Positions 50,111 to 59,601 of a stretch of DNA of 64,000 nt are shown here, one piece after another. The notes under the pieces were generated by a model. It did no database searches and was not told the origin of the DNA. It saw only the letters and a list, made by a program, of their open reading frames with translations. Source of the stretch: Infirmifilum sp. (GTDB lineage Archaea; Thermoproteota; Thermoprotei; Thermofilales; Thermofilaceae); the NCBI GenBank assembly GCA_041287245.1, contig JBEULP010000117.1:32001-96000 (forward strand), given 5' to 3'. Position 1 is the stretch's first letter; each line of letters starts with the position of its first letter. Made by a program: the position numbers and the translations under genes.

Positions 50111-50758
50111 CTAAACTGACCATGACGCAACCACGTATACATCGTTATCAGCGACAATCTCATCGGGTGCTACATTATAGCCGTACCGCAATGTGAAGCC
50201 TGGATTAGCATCGATATCGGGTCCCCCAGCAGCAAGATAAGAAGCCCAGGTTAGCTCGCTACAGTAATAACTAGATCCATAAACTTGTTTTCCGCCAGGG
50301 TATACGAGATAGCCATAGTCGTAGGGTTTCCCAACTTGAGCAAGTGCAAACTGAATAGCTTTCTGTCTAACAGAGTCAGTTGTTTTTACTCGAATTAATG
50401 CTACAGCAACCCTATCATTTAACGCTTCAATCAAATTTTGGATCGTGACACCATAATCTGGTGTGGCGTGAACAATCTCTCCATTACCTAGGTATATAGC
50501 AACGTGATGCCAATACCCAGCTATATTTAACAGTTTAGATGTGCCGCGGAAAACAATCAGGTCTCCAGGTCTCGCTAGAGTCGTAATTTGTTTGTACAGA
50601 TACGTTGGATCTAATGTGCCGGTTGAGCTACTGCTAGATGAAGAGCTAAGTGCATAACTCATGGGTAAGCTGGAAATAATAGCGATAGAAAGAACACTAA
50701 TTAGCCAAGGTAAATAACCTTTTTGTTTCGTTGGCGCCACCGTATATATTTCAAACAA
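50111..50758 (-). CDS. exported permuted NlpC/P60 papain-like enzyme (YiiX/YebB-like)
   Basis: Signal/TM segment, poly-Ser linker, PGDLI, WHHVAIY, GKPYD, YYCSEL. Confidence 0.85.
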   Translation of the reverse strand: MFEIYTVAPTKQKGYLPWLISVLSIAIISSLPMSYALSSSSSSSSTGTLDPTYLYKQITTLARPGDLIVFRGTSKLLNIAGYWHHVAIYLGNGEIVHATPDYGVTIQNLIEALNDRVAVALIRVKTTDSVRQKAIQFALAQVGKPYDYGYLVYPGGKQVYGSSYYCSELTWASYLAAGGPDIDANPGFTLRYGYNVAPDEIVADNDVYVVASWSV

Positions 50759-50941
50759 ATAAAATATAAATTTTTTGCAGACAGATTATATATAAAACCA
50801 ATGTTTTTTAAGCTCAAGTTTCCAACAACATCGGCTTCCTAGAATTCAGGTGGGTTCTAAACGGGGGCTTCTATACTTATTTCAGTTCCTATCGAAAACT
50901 TTATCAAAGCCTGCCCGAGAAATTAGGATGGCGCGCAACAA

Positions 50942-52387
50942 ATGCCCTGGAAGCACGAAGATCTTGTTCTAAAAGCTGTAGATATTGGTTCTGGTCTTGG
51001 AGCACGTTATGTTGAAGCTCGATATCATAAGCAGTCTAGGAACAGTCTAGCTGCAAGGAATGGTGAAATAATCGGCGCAGAGTCTTCCGTATCCGAGGGT
51101 ATTGCTATACGTGTGATTGTAGACGGAGCGCTCGGATTCGCATCCACTAATGTACTGACACTCGAGGGTGTAAAAGAGGCTGTTGAGAAGGCTTTTCATA
51201 AGGCCCGCAGCCATGCAAAACTCATGAAGAATCCGATTGAGTTCTCCCATGAGAGACTTGGACGTGCGACATATGAAGTCAACGAAGCTGTTCCAACGAC
51301 AAGTGTCAATGCTGAGGAAAAAGTATCATATATCAAGGATCTCTGGAGAAATGTTAGCACTTCGACCTCGTCAGCCCGTGTAGCAACCCTCACAACATGG
51401 ATAGGTGAAAGCGTAGAAGAGAAGATAATAGTCAACACGGATGGAGCCTTCATCCGAAGCAGAATTCCACGTTTATCCCTCGGTTATAATGTAGTCGTTA
51501 CCCTCCCTTCAAAGGGAACGATCCAACGCTTCTTCTCACACGCTGCCTCTGGAGGCTACGAGCTTCTTAAGAAGTGGGATGTTATTGGCTATCTTCCGCG
51601 AGATGTAAAGATGTTTGAGAAGATAATTCTCGAGGCAAGAGCCCCGCCTACCGAGAAGCCCGTGGATGTGATCGTGGGTAGTGAAATAGTCGGGTTAATG
51701 GTCCATGAGAGCTGTGGGCATCCCAGTGAGGCAGACAGGATTTTGGGGCGAGAGGCCGCCCAGGCAGGAAAGAGCTTTATCAAGCCAACCATGATCGGTG
51801 AGAAAATCGGCAGTGAGCATGCAACTGTAATCGAGGATCCCACGATACCCGGTAGCAACGGTTTCTATCTTTACGACGACGAAGGAGTACCTGCCAGGCC
51901 CAGATATCTTTACAAGGAGGGACGAATAAACGAGTTTCTACATAATCGTTGGACGGCGAAGCTCTTTGGCGTTAACAGTAATGCCGCGGCCCGTGCGATG
52001 AATTATGAGAGCGAGCCTATAATACGCATGGCTAACACATACTTCAAGCCGGGTGATCACACCTTTGAGGAACTAGTTGAGGACGTGAAATATGGCGTTT
52101 ATATCAAATCTTACATGGAGTGGAATATTGACGATGAAAGATGGAGCCAAAGATATGGGGGTTTAGAAGCATATTTAATCGAGAACGGCGAGCTGAAAAA
52201 CCTTGTGAAAAACCCTGTTCTGGAATTAACTACTAAGACTTTCTATAGTAGTGTAGACGCCGCCGATAAGAACCTTGAGTTCTATGCGGGAACTTGTGGC
52301 AAAGGCGAGCCGATGCAAGGTGTACCTGTATGGTTTGGTGGTCCAAACGTTAGAATTAGAAATGTCATGTTAAGGGTGATAGCCTAA
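50942..52387 (+). CDS. tldD: TldD family metalloprotease
   Basis: HESCGHPSEAD (HExxxH), YDDEG, PIIRMANT, GTCGKG. Confidence 0.93.
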   Translation: MPWKHEDLVLKAVDIGSGLGARYVEARYHKQSRNSLAARNGEIIGAESSVSEGIAIRVIVDGALGFASTNVLTLEGVKEAVEKAFHKARSHAKLMKNPIEFSHERLGRATYEVNEAVPTTSVNAEEKVSYIKDLWRNVSTSTSSARVATLTTWIGESVEEKIIVNTDGAFIRSRIPRLSLGYNVVVTLPSKGTIQRFFSHAASGGYELLKKWDVIGYLPRDVKMFEKIILEARAPPTEKPVDVIVGSEIVGLMVHESCGHPSEADRILGREAAQAGKSFIKPTMIGEKIGSEHATVIEDPTIPGSNGFYLYDDEGVPARPRYLYKEGRINEFLHNRWTAKLFGVNSNAAARAMNYESEPIIRMANTYFKPGDHTFEELVEDVKYGVYIKSYMEWNIDDERWSQRYGGLEAYLIENGELKNLVKNPVLELTTKTFYSSVDAADKNLEFYAGTCGKGEPMQGVPVWFGGPNVRIRNVMLRVIA

Positions 52388-53724
52388 TGGAGGTACAGTT
52401 GGTTGAGATAGGTAAGAAGGTGCAGGAAAGAGCCTTAAAAATGGGGTTTGACGAGGTAGCCGTCGACGCTAGGTCTACTGAGAGCGTTATGGTTAAGTTT
52501 GCTAATAGTGAGCCGAGCGTTATTCAGAACTGGTCTTCGGTGGAAATAGGTATCTATGTAACTAAGAACCAAAGAATCCTTGGCACGAGCGCACCTATAA
52601 GCTCTCTCGAGGAGGCTTACAAAATACTTGAAAATCTATACGCCATGCACCCACAACTTCCTCCAAGCATGCTATATGCGCCACTACCAGAACCTGGCAA
52701 GCCTGCGCCCCTAACAGGACTAGTAGACGAGAAGCTAATCGAAGCAATAAAAGACCCCTCTTCGATCTCGGAAGCCATAGTGGAAGGCGCGAACCGCTAC
52801 AAGATAGACTATTTCGCCGGCATGTTTCAAGCCACATATGAGAAAAGGGCTCTACTAAATAGCAAAGGAGCAGAGCTTTCAGAGGAGTCCACAGCATTAA
52901 AGATGTACATAAGAGCATTCGCCGGAGAAGGCTCTGGTCAATGGTCGCTCGGCTCTAGAAAACTCAATATGAAGGAAATAGAGCGAGTTGCCGAGACTGC
53001 ATCAGACTTTGCATTTAGGTCTAAAAATCAGGAGGACGTGCCTCCGGGAAAATACAACATACTTCTCTCTCCCATGGTAGCAGGCAACTTCATCAACTAT
53101 GTTGCAGACATGGCTCTCGCGCACAGCGTCCTGATGGGCAGCTCGATCTTCATGAACAACCAACCCGGCGACAAGGTTGCCTCTGAACATGTGACTATAG
53201 AAGACGATCCAAGAAATGCCGACCTTCCGGGCTCAACTTCTTTTGACGATGAAGGCATTCCAACCTACAGGAAACCCATCATTGAGAATGGTATACTGAA
53301 GAACCTACTACACAACACTAAGACAGCTGCAAAGTTTGGTGCTAAGACTACAGGAAACGCTGGGCTCATCTTTCCACGTCTCTGGGCGTTGACTGTAAAG
53401 AAGGGCGATTACAAGTTTGAGGAGCTTCTTAGCGAAATGAAAAACGGGCTTATTGTTACCAATAATTGGTATACAAGGCTTCAAAACTACATAGAAGGGA
53501 CTTTTTCAACAATCACACGCGACGCCATCTTCATCGTTAAAAATGGAGAAATCGTTGGCGCTGCGAGAAAACTTAGAATAGCGGATGCTTTTCCAAGACT
53601 CCTTAAAAATATCGTCGCGCTAGGGGACACTCAATACGATATGTACTGGTGGGAGGTCGAAATACCCACAAGAACACCATATATCCTAGTCAGAGATCTT
53701 GGAACCTCGAAACACACCGCCTAG
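52387..53724 (+). CDS. pmbA: PmbA/TldE family protein
   Basis: PGKY, FDDEG, TTGNA; no HExxxH; coupled to tldD. Confidence 0.88.
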   Translation: MEVQLVEIGKKVQERALKMGFDEVAVDARSTESVMVKFANSEPSVIQNWSSVEIGIYVTKNQRILGTSAPISSLEEAYKILENLYAMHPQLPPSMLYAPLPEPGKPAPLTGLVDEKLIEAIKDPSSISEAIVEGANRYKIDYFAGMFQATYEKRALLNSKGAELSEESTALKMYIRAFAGEGSGQWSLGSRKLNMKEIERVAETASDFAFRSKNQEDVPPGKYNILLSPMVAGNFINYVADMALAHSVLMGSSIFMNNQPGDKVASEHVTIEDDPRNADLPGSTSFDDEGIPTYRKPIIENGILKNLLHNTKTAAKFGAKTTGNAGLIFPRLWALTVKKGDYKFEELLSEMKNGLIVTNNWYTRLQNYIEGTFSTITRDAIFIVKNGEIVGAARKLRIADAFPRLLKNIVALGDTQYDMYWWEVEIPTRTPYILVRDLGTSKHTA

Positions 53725-53801
53725 AAAAATTTCTTTTTCTAGAAATTTATTTTCTCGGTGTGTTTTTCACCTTTGAATGGTTTTAGATGATGAAATAATA
53801 A

Positions 53802-54884
53802 TTACGTGGATACCTGCTGGTTTTTCCTAAAACAGAAATTTTTCCGTGATCGCAGCCAAACTGTGAAGATCGAGAAGAGGGCGAGAGCAATTATCAAGGC
53901 TATAATACCCCAAATGTTGAACTTGCTGTAGGAAGGTGTTGGGAACACTGATATAGCTGAGATATTTTTACGTTGCAAAAGCACAGCACCTGAATAGAGG
54001 AGCACTGTTATGTTCCTTGCTTGGATAAATGGAAAAATTACCTCTTTTGTCTCTCTACTAAAAAGATATATTTTTCTCGATTGTTCACCTCCATCTTTAA
54101 CAACAAGATACACATACCCGCTTGTCGAGCCAAGGTTTTCCACTGTGATGGTAAGTATTCCCCGGTCAAGCGTAGCGTCTTTTATAGCCGCTTTTACCTC
54201 AGCCGGCTCGCCTACATATTTGAGACCAGGGATTCTCAGCTGAAATACATAGATATCAGGCGCTTCTTGTTCATTGTAGTTTATCCAGGTAAGACTGTTC
54301 TGTGTTTTATAAGTAGGTCCATGGGCGAATCTCGGCTCCCAATCTATTTTGACAGGTGTTGTACCGTTAAACACGACCTCTAATACGTCTATCCAGCTTC
54401 TGGGATCCGTGCTCGTGAAGCTGTCACGCAGTTTCACTTCGAAGAGAGAGTCGTTAAGCTGAGAGACATAGTTGCTGGTGTTAAGATAAATTTTTACCGA
54501 GTACACGTAAGCGCCGTCAAACTTGGACATCTTCCCGGTGCCCGCTACATCGCAAAGCACGCTTTCTCCATATCTTTTCTCCATATCCGTCAAAACCTGG
54601 AAGTTTAAGAGACGTGGATTATCGGAGAACATCAAGAGGATGTAGTTTAAAGTCTCTACCGATTGGTTCCTGATATTAGCCTCAACTTCCTTGTTGTTGA
54701 ACAAGCTTTTTCCATCCACGGTGAAAGGGTGAAGCTTCGCATCTACAACTGCAGTGCCGTCCGCGTTGAAAGTAACACGGAAATTGAGCGCGATCCAGTA
54801 GGACGGCTGAGAAGATACGCATGTTGCATTTAAAAATATTTGTAGGACGAAGAGAAGGGTAATAAATATTGCATATTTCTTCAT
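53802..54884 (-). CDS. exported protein with C-terminal membrane anchor
   Basis: Signal peptide MKKYAIFITLLFVLQ..., C-terminal IWGIIALIIALALFSIFTVWL then basic residues. Confidence 0.7.
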   Translation of the reverse strand: MKKYAIFITLLFVLQIFLNATCVSSQPSYWIALNFRVTFNADGTAVVDAKLHPFTVDGKSLFNNKEVEANIRNQSVETLNYILLMFSDNPRLLNFQVLTDMEKRYGESVLCDVAGTGKMSKFDGAYVYSVKIYLNTSNYVSQLNDSLFEVKLRDSFTSTDPRSWIDVLEVVFNGTTPVKIDWEPRFAHGPTYKTQNSLTWINYNEQEAPDIYVFQLRIPGLKYVGEPAEVKAAIKDATLDRGILTITVENLGSTSGYVYLVVKDGGEQSRKIYLFSRETKEVIFPFIQARNITVLLYSGAVLLQRKNISAISVFPTPSYSKFNIWGIIALIIALALFSIFTVWLRSRKNFCFRKNQQVST

Positions 54885-55873
54885 CCAAGCTCACCCTCAA
54901 ATATATAATCAATGTATTCAAGGGTCATGTAACTGGGTATACAGCTACTCGTAAGCGCTGCCCCATAGTATTTTGTCTCTTCGAATCCAAAGACAATATG
55001 TCTAGCGCTAAATACTCCTACATTCGGAGACATTCCGTCAAGCATGTCCACATCAATCCACCCGTATGGATCAACATAGACCTCTGGCCACATGTGACCT
55101 CCCCAGTGTGTAAGCAGACCCTCGCCCTCGCTCTGCACCGTACTCATGTTAAGCCACTGATGCTCCTTATAGCTGGTCAGCAGGAAGCCGTAAACACCGC
55201 GAGCCGGAACACCCAGCGACCTCGCCATCGTGATAAATACATCTGCAACTTCTACACAATCACCTTGAATCCTATACCCTCTGCTAGTATAGATCAACGC
55301 ATGGTCGCTTCCGCTTCTTCCAAGGTTTACATTATAATTCACTCTGCTTACAACCCATCTGGCGAGACTCTCTACTGTTGCGAGGGGGTAAGACGTGTAT
55401 GCAACATCATATGCTATCTTAACCACGGTAGTATTGTAAATGTCCCAATAACGAGTAGAACTCGTATATTTTTTCAATAATAGAAAGTTGGGCCAAACAC
55501 CCTTGCTGGCTGAAGTGTCAATAGAGTAGCTTGAGACTACAACCTTGTAGGTAACATTTATCCATATCTTTTCTTGAGGTTTCGCCACAATGTACGCCAC
55601 TGCAAAAATGTTACCGTCTTCATCCCTCTGAAACCTGACAGGGCTAGGCTCAATACCTAAAACAAAGCTCTGCTGAAAACTAGTGTTCTGAGGAAGGGAT
55701 ATGTAAACATAGTCATTGACAGTAATGTTATTCGTGTTCACTAGAAGAAAGCGCCCCTTAATGGTATATGTGACCCGCGAGGATACATTCACTCCTCCTA
55801 ATGATCCACTTTGTTCAACGTTTATAGCCAAAATAACTAGCAAAAGTAAAAGTACAACTGCCTTGTTCCTCAA
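54881..55873 (-). CDS. exported transglutaminase-like domain protein
   Basis: Signal peptide; GDCVEVA...ARSLGVPAR, HMWPEVY, GWIDVD (Cys-His-Asp triad). Confidence 0.9.
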   Translation of the reverse strand: MRNKAVVLLLLLVILAINVEQSGSLGGVNVSSRVTYTIKGRFLLVNTNNITVNDYVYISLPQNTSFQQSFVLGIEPSPVRFQRDEDGNIFAVAYIVAKPQEKIWINVTYKVVVSSYSIDTSASKGVWPNFLLLKKYTSSTRYWDIYNTTVVKIAYDVAYTSYPLATVESLARWVVSRVNYNVNLGRSGSDHALIYTSRGYRIQGDCVEVADVFITMARSLGVPARGVYGFLLTSYKEHQWLNMSTVQSEGEGLLTHWGGHMWPEVYVDPYGWIDVDMLDGMSPNVGVFSARHIVFGFEETKYYGAALTSSCIPSYMTLEYIDYIFEGELG

Positions 55874-55933
55874 AAGGCATCACTTTTCTAGCAGAAAAAG
55901 GGTTTATAAGACTATCGATTCAACCAGCGCAGC

Positions 55934-56851
55934 CTAAATCACAAAGACTGTCCCAGAGGTTCCATCTACCACTTCCCGTAGCCTGTCGAGGCTCCCGATG
56001 TGTGCCCTTCTCCCAGTGTGCTTCACAAACTCTACAGCCGCCTCAACCTTTGGTCCCATGCTCCCAGCCGGGAAATACCCCTTCTTCAAAAGCTCTTCGG
56101 CCTCTTGGACATGCATCTCTTTAACAAGTTCCTGTGCAGCCTCTCCAAAGTGTAGAAAAACACCCTCGACGTCTGTGAGAATCACAAGAGCCTCCGCGTC
56201 AAGCGAAACTCCGAGCAGGGAAGAGGCTAAATCCTTATCAATTACCGCGTCTACACCCTCAAGATGACCTCTTCTTTCCACCACGGGGATTCCTCCACCA
56301 CCCACAGCTACTGTTACGTCGAACCTCTCTATAGACGCCCTGATCTGATCAAGCTCCACAATAAGCTTAGGTCGCGGCGAGGGGACAACCCGTCTCCAAC
56401 CTTTACCGGGAACGTTAACAAGGCTCCAGCCTTTTCCCCTCAATTCGCCCAAGCGTGTTTCGTCATAATAGGGACCTATAGGTTTCGAAGGATTTTGAAA
56501 AGCTGGATCATTAGCGTCGACCAAAACACGTGTTGGAACAACGTTAACCTTTAGTCCTGGACAGCAGAGACTAAAGGCCGTTTGAATCATGTAGCCGATT
56601 AAGCTTTGCGTCATGGCAACACATGCATGAAGCGGCATTGGAGGAACCTCATTAGTGCTCTCCTGCTGCAGGTAAAGATTTCCGACTTGCGGGCCATTAC
56701 CGTGAGTGAGAACGATTTTATACTCCTCTGCTATGCGGGCAATTTGTGGGGCTATTTTTGAAAGGTTTTCAACTTGTTCAGAAAAGATACCGCGTTGCCC
56801 CTTGCGAATAAGAGCGTTACCTCCTAGTGCAATCACTAGTAATTTCTTCAC
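55934..56851 (-). CDS. arcC: carbamate kinase
   Basis: ALGGNA, THGNGPQVG, KPIGP, RRVVPSP, GGGIPV, VIDKD, GSMGPK. Confidence 0.96.
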   Translation of the reverse strand: MKKLLVIALGGNALIRKGQRGIFSEQVENLSKIAPQIARIAEEYKIVLTHGNGPQVGNLYLQQESTNEVPPMPLHACVAMTQSLIGYMIQTAFSLCCPGLKVNVVPTRVLVDANDPAFQNPSKPIGPYYDETRLGELRGKGWSLVNVPGKGWRRVVPSPRPKLIVELDQIRASIERFDVTVAVGGGGIPVVERRGHLEGVDAVIDKDLASSLLGVSLDAEALVILTDVEGVFLHFGEAAQELVKEMHVQEAEELLKKGYFPAGSMGPKVEAAVEFVKHTGRRAHIGSLDRLREVVDGTSGTVFVI

Positions 56852-56962
56852 ATATAACCTTTTAAAAATCCACTTTTATATTTTAACCATAAAGAATATA
56901 AATACAAAGTCAGAAGAATAGCTAAAAACCAGAGAAAAATCCTTATACAAAAACAAATATCC

Positions 56963-57319
56963 TCAAAAACTAAAACCCTCATTTTCAAGAGTTTTAATCA
57001 TCTCCTCAATAGACTTCGCAGCCTTCTCGTACAAGCGGAGAAGACGAACCCCCTCGTCTGTCAAGTGGGAGCCGCCACGGAATTCCCCTCCACGCTCTGT
57101 AATGACAATTCTCTCACCCAAAACACGTTCAATCCGCTGAATATACTTCCATGCAAAGGAATAGGATACACCCAGTTCCTCAGCGGCAGCCCTAAGCGAA
57201 CCCTTCTCGTAAATCTTTTTAAGTAGCAAATATCCTCCTTTTCCTATTAACGGTTTTTCATCAAGCGTCAACCAAACCTTTGCTTTTATATTCACCTTAG
57301 CCAAGCTATCCACCTGCAA
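56963..57319 (-). CDS. ModE-family winged-HTH regulator (DNA-binding domain only)
   Basis: KVWL, GSLRAAAEELGVSYSFAW, RGG..GGSHLT; no molybdate-binding TOBE domains. Confidence 0.88.
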   Translation of the reverse strand: MQVDSLAKVNIKAKVWLTLDEKPLIGKGGYLLLKKIYEKGSLRAAAEELGVSYSFAWKYIQRIERVLGERIVITERGGEFRGGSHLTDEGVRLLRLYEKAAKSIEEMIKTLENEGFSF

Positions 57320-57578
57320 TTGGCGGGAAAATAGCTATCGTGTCGCCTTCTTTAAGCGAAATTTCCCGGAGGAACTGTATGTGCCTACCGTTAACTAGTA
57401 TTATTCTATCAGACCTGTAGTTCTCGTTATCAAAAACCTCATTAATAAACTCTACACCAAGTTTTTTCGCCGCGTTTTCAATAGCCTCTCGAAGACCGCC
57501 GCTTGTCTCAACTTCAACTTCCCGCACGCCATATTTGTCGCGAAGAGTCGCAAAAAGCAATATCCTAACACGCACCAT
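57306..57578 (-). CDS. MoaD/ThiS family ubiquitin-like sulfur carrier (SAMP-like)
   Basis: FATLR, ILVNGR, LKEGD-IAIFPPIAGG C-terminus. Confidence 0.93.
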   Translation of the reverse strand: MVRVRILLFATLRDKYGVREVEVETSGGLREAIENAAKKLGVEFINEVFDNENYRSDRIILVNGRHIQFLREISLKEGDTIAIFPPIAGG

Positions 57579-57615
57579 ACACTAAAATAAGAGAAAAAGT
57601 AAGAAAAAAAGTTTT

Positions 57616-59466
57616 TTAAGGCTCAATACCAAGCTCTCTCAGCTTCTCCTTCGTAGGCACACCGTCAACCCATCCGCGCAACTGGTAGTATTCCTTGAGC
57701 ATTCTGTCCAGCTCCACAACCTGGCCTTTAACAGGTCCCTCAGGCATTGGCTCATGTGTCAAACGCTTAGGCAATGTGTCATCCTTTGCCGAAAAACCGT
57801 AGAGCGACATCATATAGCGTTCAAGGTTGTAGATTCTCTCGCCAATCTTCAGGACATCGTCAGCTGTATAATTAAACCCTGCTACAGTGTTAAACAGGTC
57901 GGCATAGTCGGGAGCACCTATTGCAAAGGTCGTGAAGAGACAGTTCACTGCAGAGTTAACTACGCTAGTGAGATCCTGGAAGACTTTTACCCACTGTGCC
58001 TTCCCCTCTGTCGTCAGGGGATCTATCTTCTGCGGCAGTCCTAATATCTCAGGGGAGATCGTGTAACCAGTAACGTGGCACCCACCGCGGTTTGCCGTCG
58101 CGTAGTTAAGCCCAATACCCTTAGCGCCACGTGGGTCGTAAGCAGGCATCTCCAGGCCCTTGACGCTCATAGAGAGATCCGGAGCGCCATACATCTCGGC
58201 AAGTCTCTTACTGCCAAGAGCCAGCTTAGCGCCGAAACCAGCTTTGTAGGCAGTCCTCCAGATCGACTCAACGAGAGCAGCGGCATTGCCGAATTTTAAG
58301 TCGAGCCCCTGGAGATCCTCCTCAGGAATATAACCCTTTTCACGTAACTCCATAGCACAGGCTATCGTCGAGCCTAACGAAATAGGATCCATTCCAAGCT
58401 CGTCGCACAGATGGTTTGCCTTTATCACAGCGTCTAGCTCCATAACACCTGTAGCATTGCCGAGAGCCCAGATCGACTCGTACTCAGGTCCTTCGCTGTA
58501 AAGAATCTGGTATGGCCCTGAAGAGACCTTGACCACACGTCCACAGCCAATCTGGCAACCCCAGCAGGGACGCCTGCTTATTAAGTATGTCTTCTCAAGC
58601 GTCTCCCCACTAATCTTATCAGCCTCTGGGTTGTAACCAAATTGCCAGTTCTTATAGGGCAGCATCCCCGCCTGATTTATAATGTTTACTAGAATCGCTG
58701 TCCCATACTTTGGCAGCCCTTCACCGGTAACAGGGTTCTTTTTCATCCTCTCTATCAGATTTCTTGAAAGCTCGCGGAACTCGTCAGGCTTTGCTACCTC
58801 TGGTTTCTGCTCGCCGGCAACAACAATAGCCTTTAACTTTTTACTTCCCATAACGGCTCCAAGCCCTGTTCTACCCGCAGCCCTGTGATCATCGTTCATA
58901 ATGTTAGCCATTAGGACAAGGTTTTCTCCAGCAGGCCCTATGCACGCGACACTTACATTCTTCGCCTTTACCCTGCTCTTCAAGATACGGGTAGTGTCAA
59001 ATACGTTCCGGCCCCAAATATCGGAAGCATCTTTTATCTCGGCATGACCGCTAACAACTTCTAGGTAAACAGGTTTCTCAGAGGCTCCCTCGATCACTAT
59101 CATGTCATAACCAGCGAACTTCATATAGGGACCGAACTCACCTCCGCTGTTAGCGCTACCAACAGAGCCGGTGAGCGGGGATCGTAGAGCCATAACGTGG
59201 TGTCTACCAGGCGAGGGAACTCCAGCAACACCCGTTATAGGTCCTGTCCCGAAAATTAACACATTCTCAGGTCCTAAAGCGTTTATGTCCTTAGGGCTTA
59301 TGCCTTTAGCCATATACTCCTTCATGTACCTGTAGTAAAGGAGATACAACGCGTATCCTTTACCGCCGATGTATTTCTCGGCTACTTGCGGGTCAATAGG
59401 TTCTGTTCGTATTGTTTTGTCAGTAAGGTTTACGAAGAGAATTTTTCCCATGTATCCTCCTTTCAT
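57616..59466 (-). CDS. aor: tungsten-containing aldehyde:ferredoxin oxidoreductase
   Basis: SPLTG, ANSGG, IGPAGE, RAAGR-G-GAVMGSK-LKA, CWGCQIGC, EGPEYE, DELGMD, NRGGCH. Confidence 0.95.
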   Translation of the reverse strand: MKGGYMGKILFVNLTDKTIRTEPIDPQVAEKYIGGKGYALYLLYYRYMKEYMAKGISPKDINALGPENVLIFGTGPITGVAGVPSPGRHHVMALRSPLTGSVGSANSGGEFGPYMKFAGYDMIVIEGASEKPVYLEVVSGHAEIKDASDIWGRNVFDTTRILKSRVKAKNVSVACIGPAGENLVLMANIMNDDHRAAGRTGLGAVMGSKKLKAIVVAGEQKPEVAKPDEFRELSRNLIERMKKNPVTGEGLPKYGTAILVNIINQAGMLPYKNWQFGYNPEADKISGETLEKTYLISRRPCWGCQIGCGRVVKVSSGPYQILYSEGPEYESIWALGNATGVMELDAVIKANHLCDELGMDPISLGSTIACAMELREKGYIPEEDLQGLDLKFGNAAALVESIWRTAYKAGFGAKLALGSKRLAEMYGAPDLSMSVKGLEMPAYDPRGAKGIGLNYATANRGGCHVTGYTISPEILGLPQKIDPLTTEGKAQWVKVFQDLTSVVNSAVNCLFTTFAIGAPDYADLFNTVAGFNYTADDVLKIGERIYNLERYMMSLYGFSAKDDTLPKRLTHEPMPEGPVKGQVVELDRMLKEYYQLRGWVDGVPTKEKLRELGIEP

Positions 59467-59508
59467 GGAGGGTCAATAATATTATGCTGAACTGTTAAAA
59501 ATGGTTTA

Positions 59509-59532
59509 CGATATTTCTATTAAAAAATATCG
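59509..59532. promoter_or_regulatory. putative ModE-type operator palindrome
   Basis: CGATATTT-N8-AAATATCG (CGATAT-N12-ATATCG) in the aor / M42 divergent region. Confidence 0.55.
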
Positions 59533-59601
59533 GGCAAAATTAAATAAAAAGTGAAGTTTGATCATCATCATAATATATAAAGCCTTATTTAAATTTCACA
59601 G

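Noticed and set aside
54869..55480. 203-aa plus-strand ORF
   Set aside because: Antisense to the well-supported transglutaminase-like gene; no motifs
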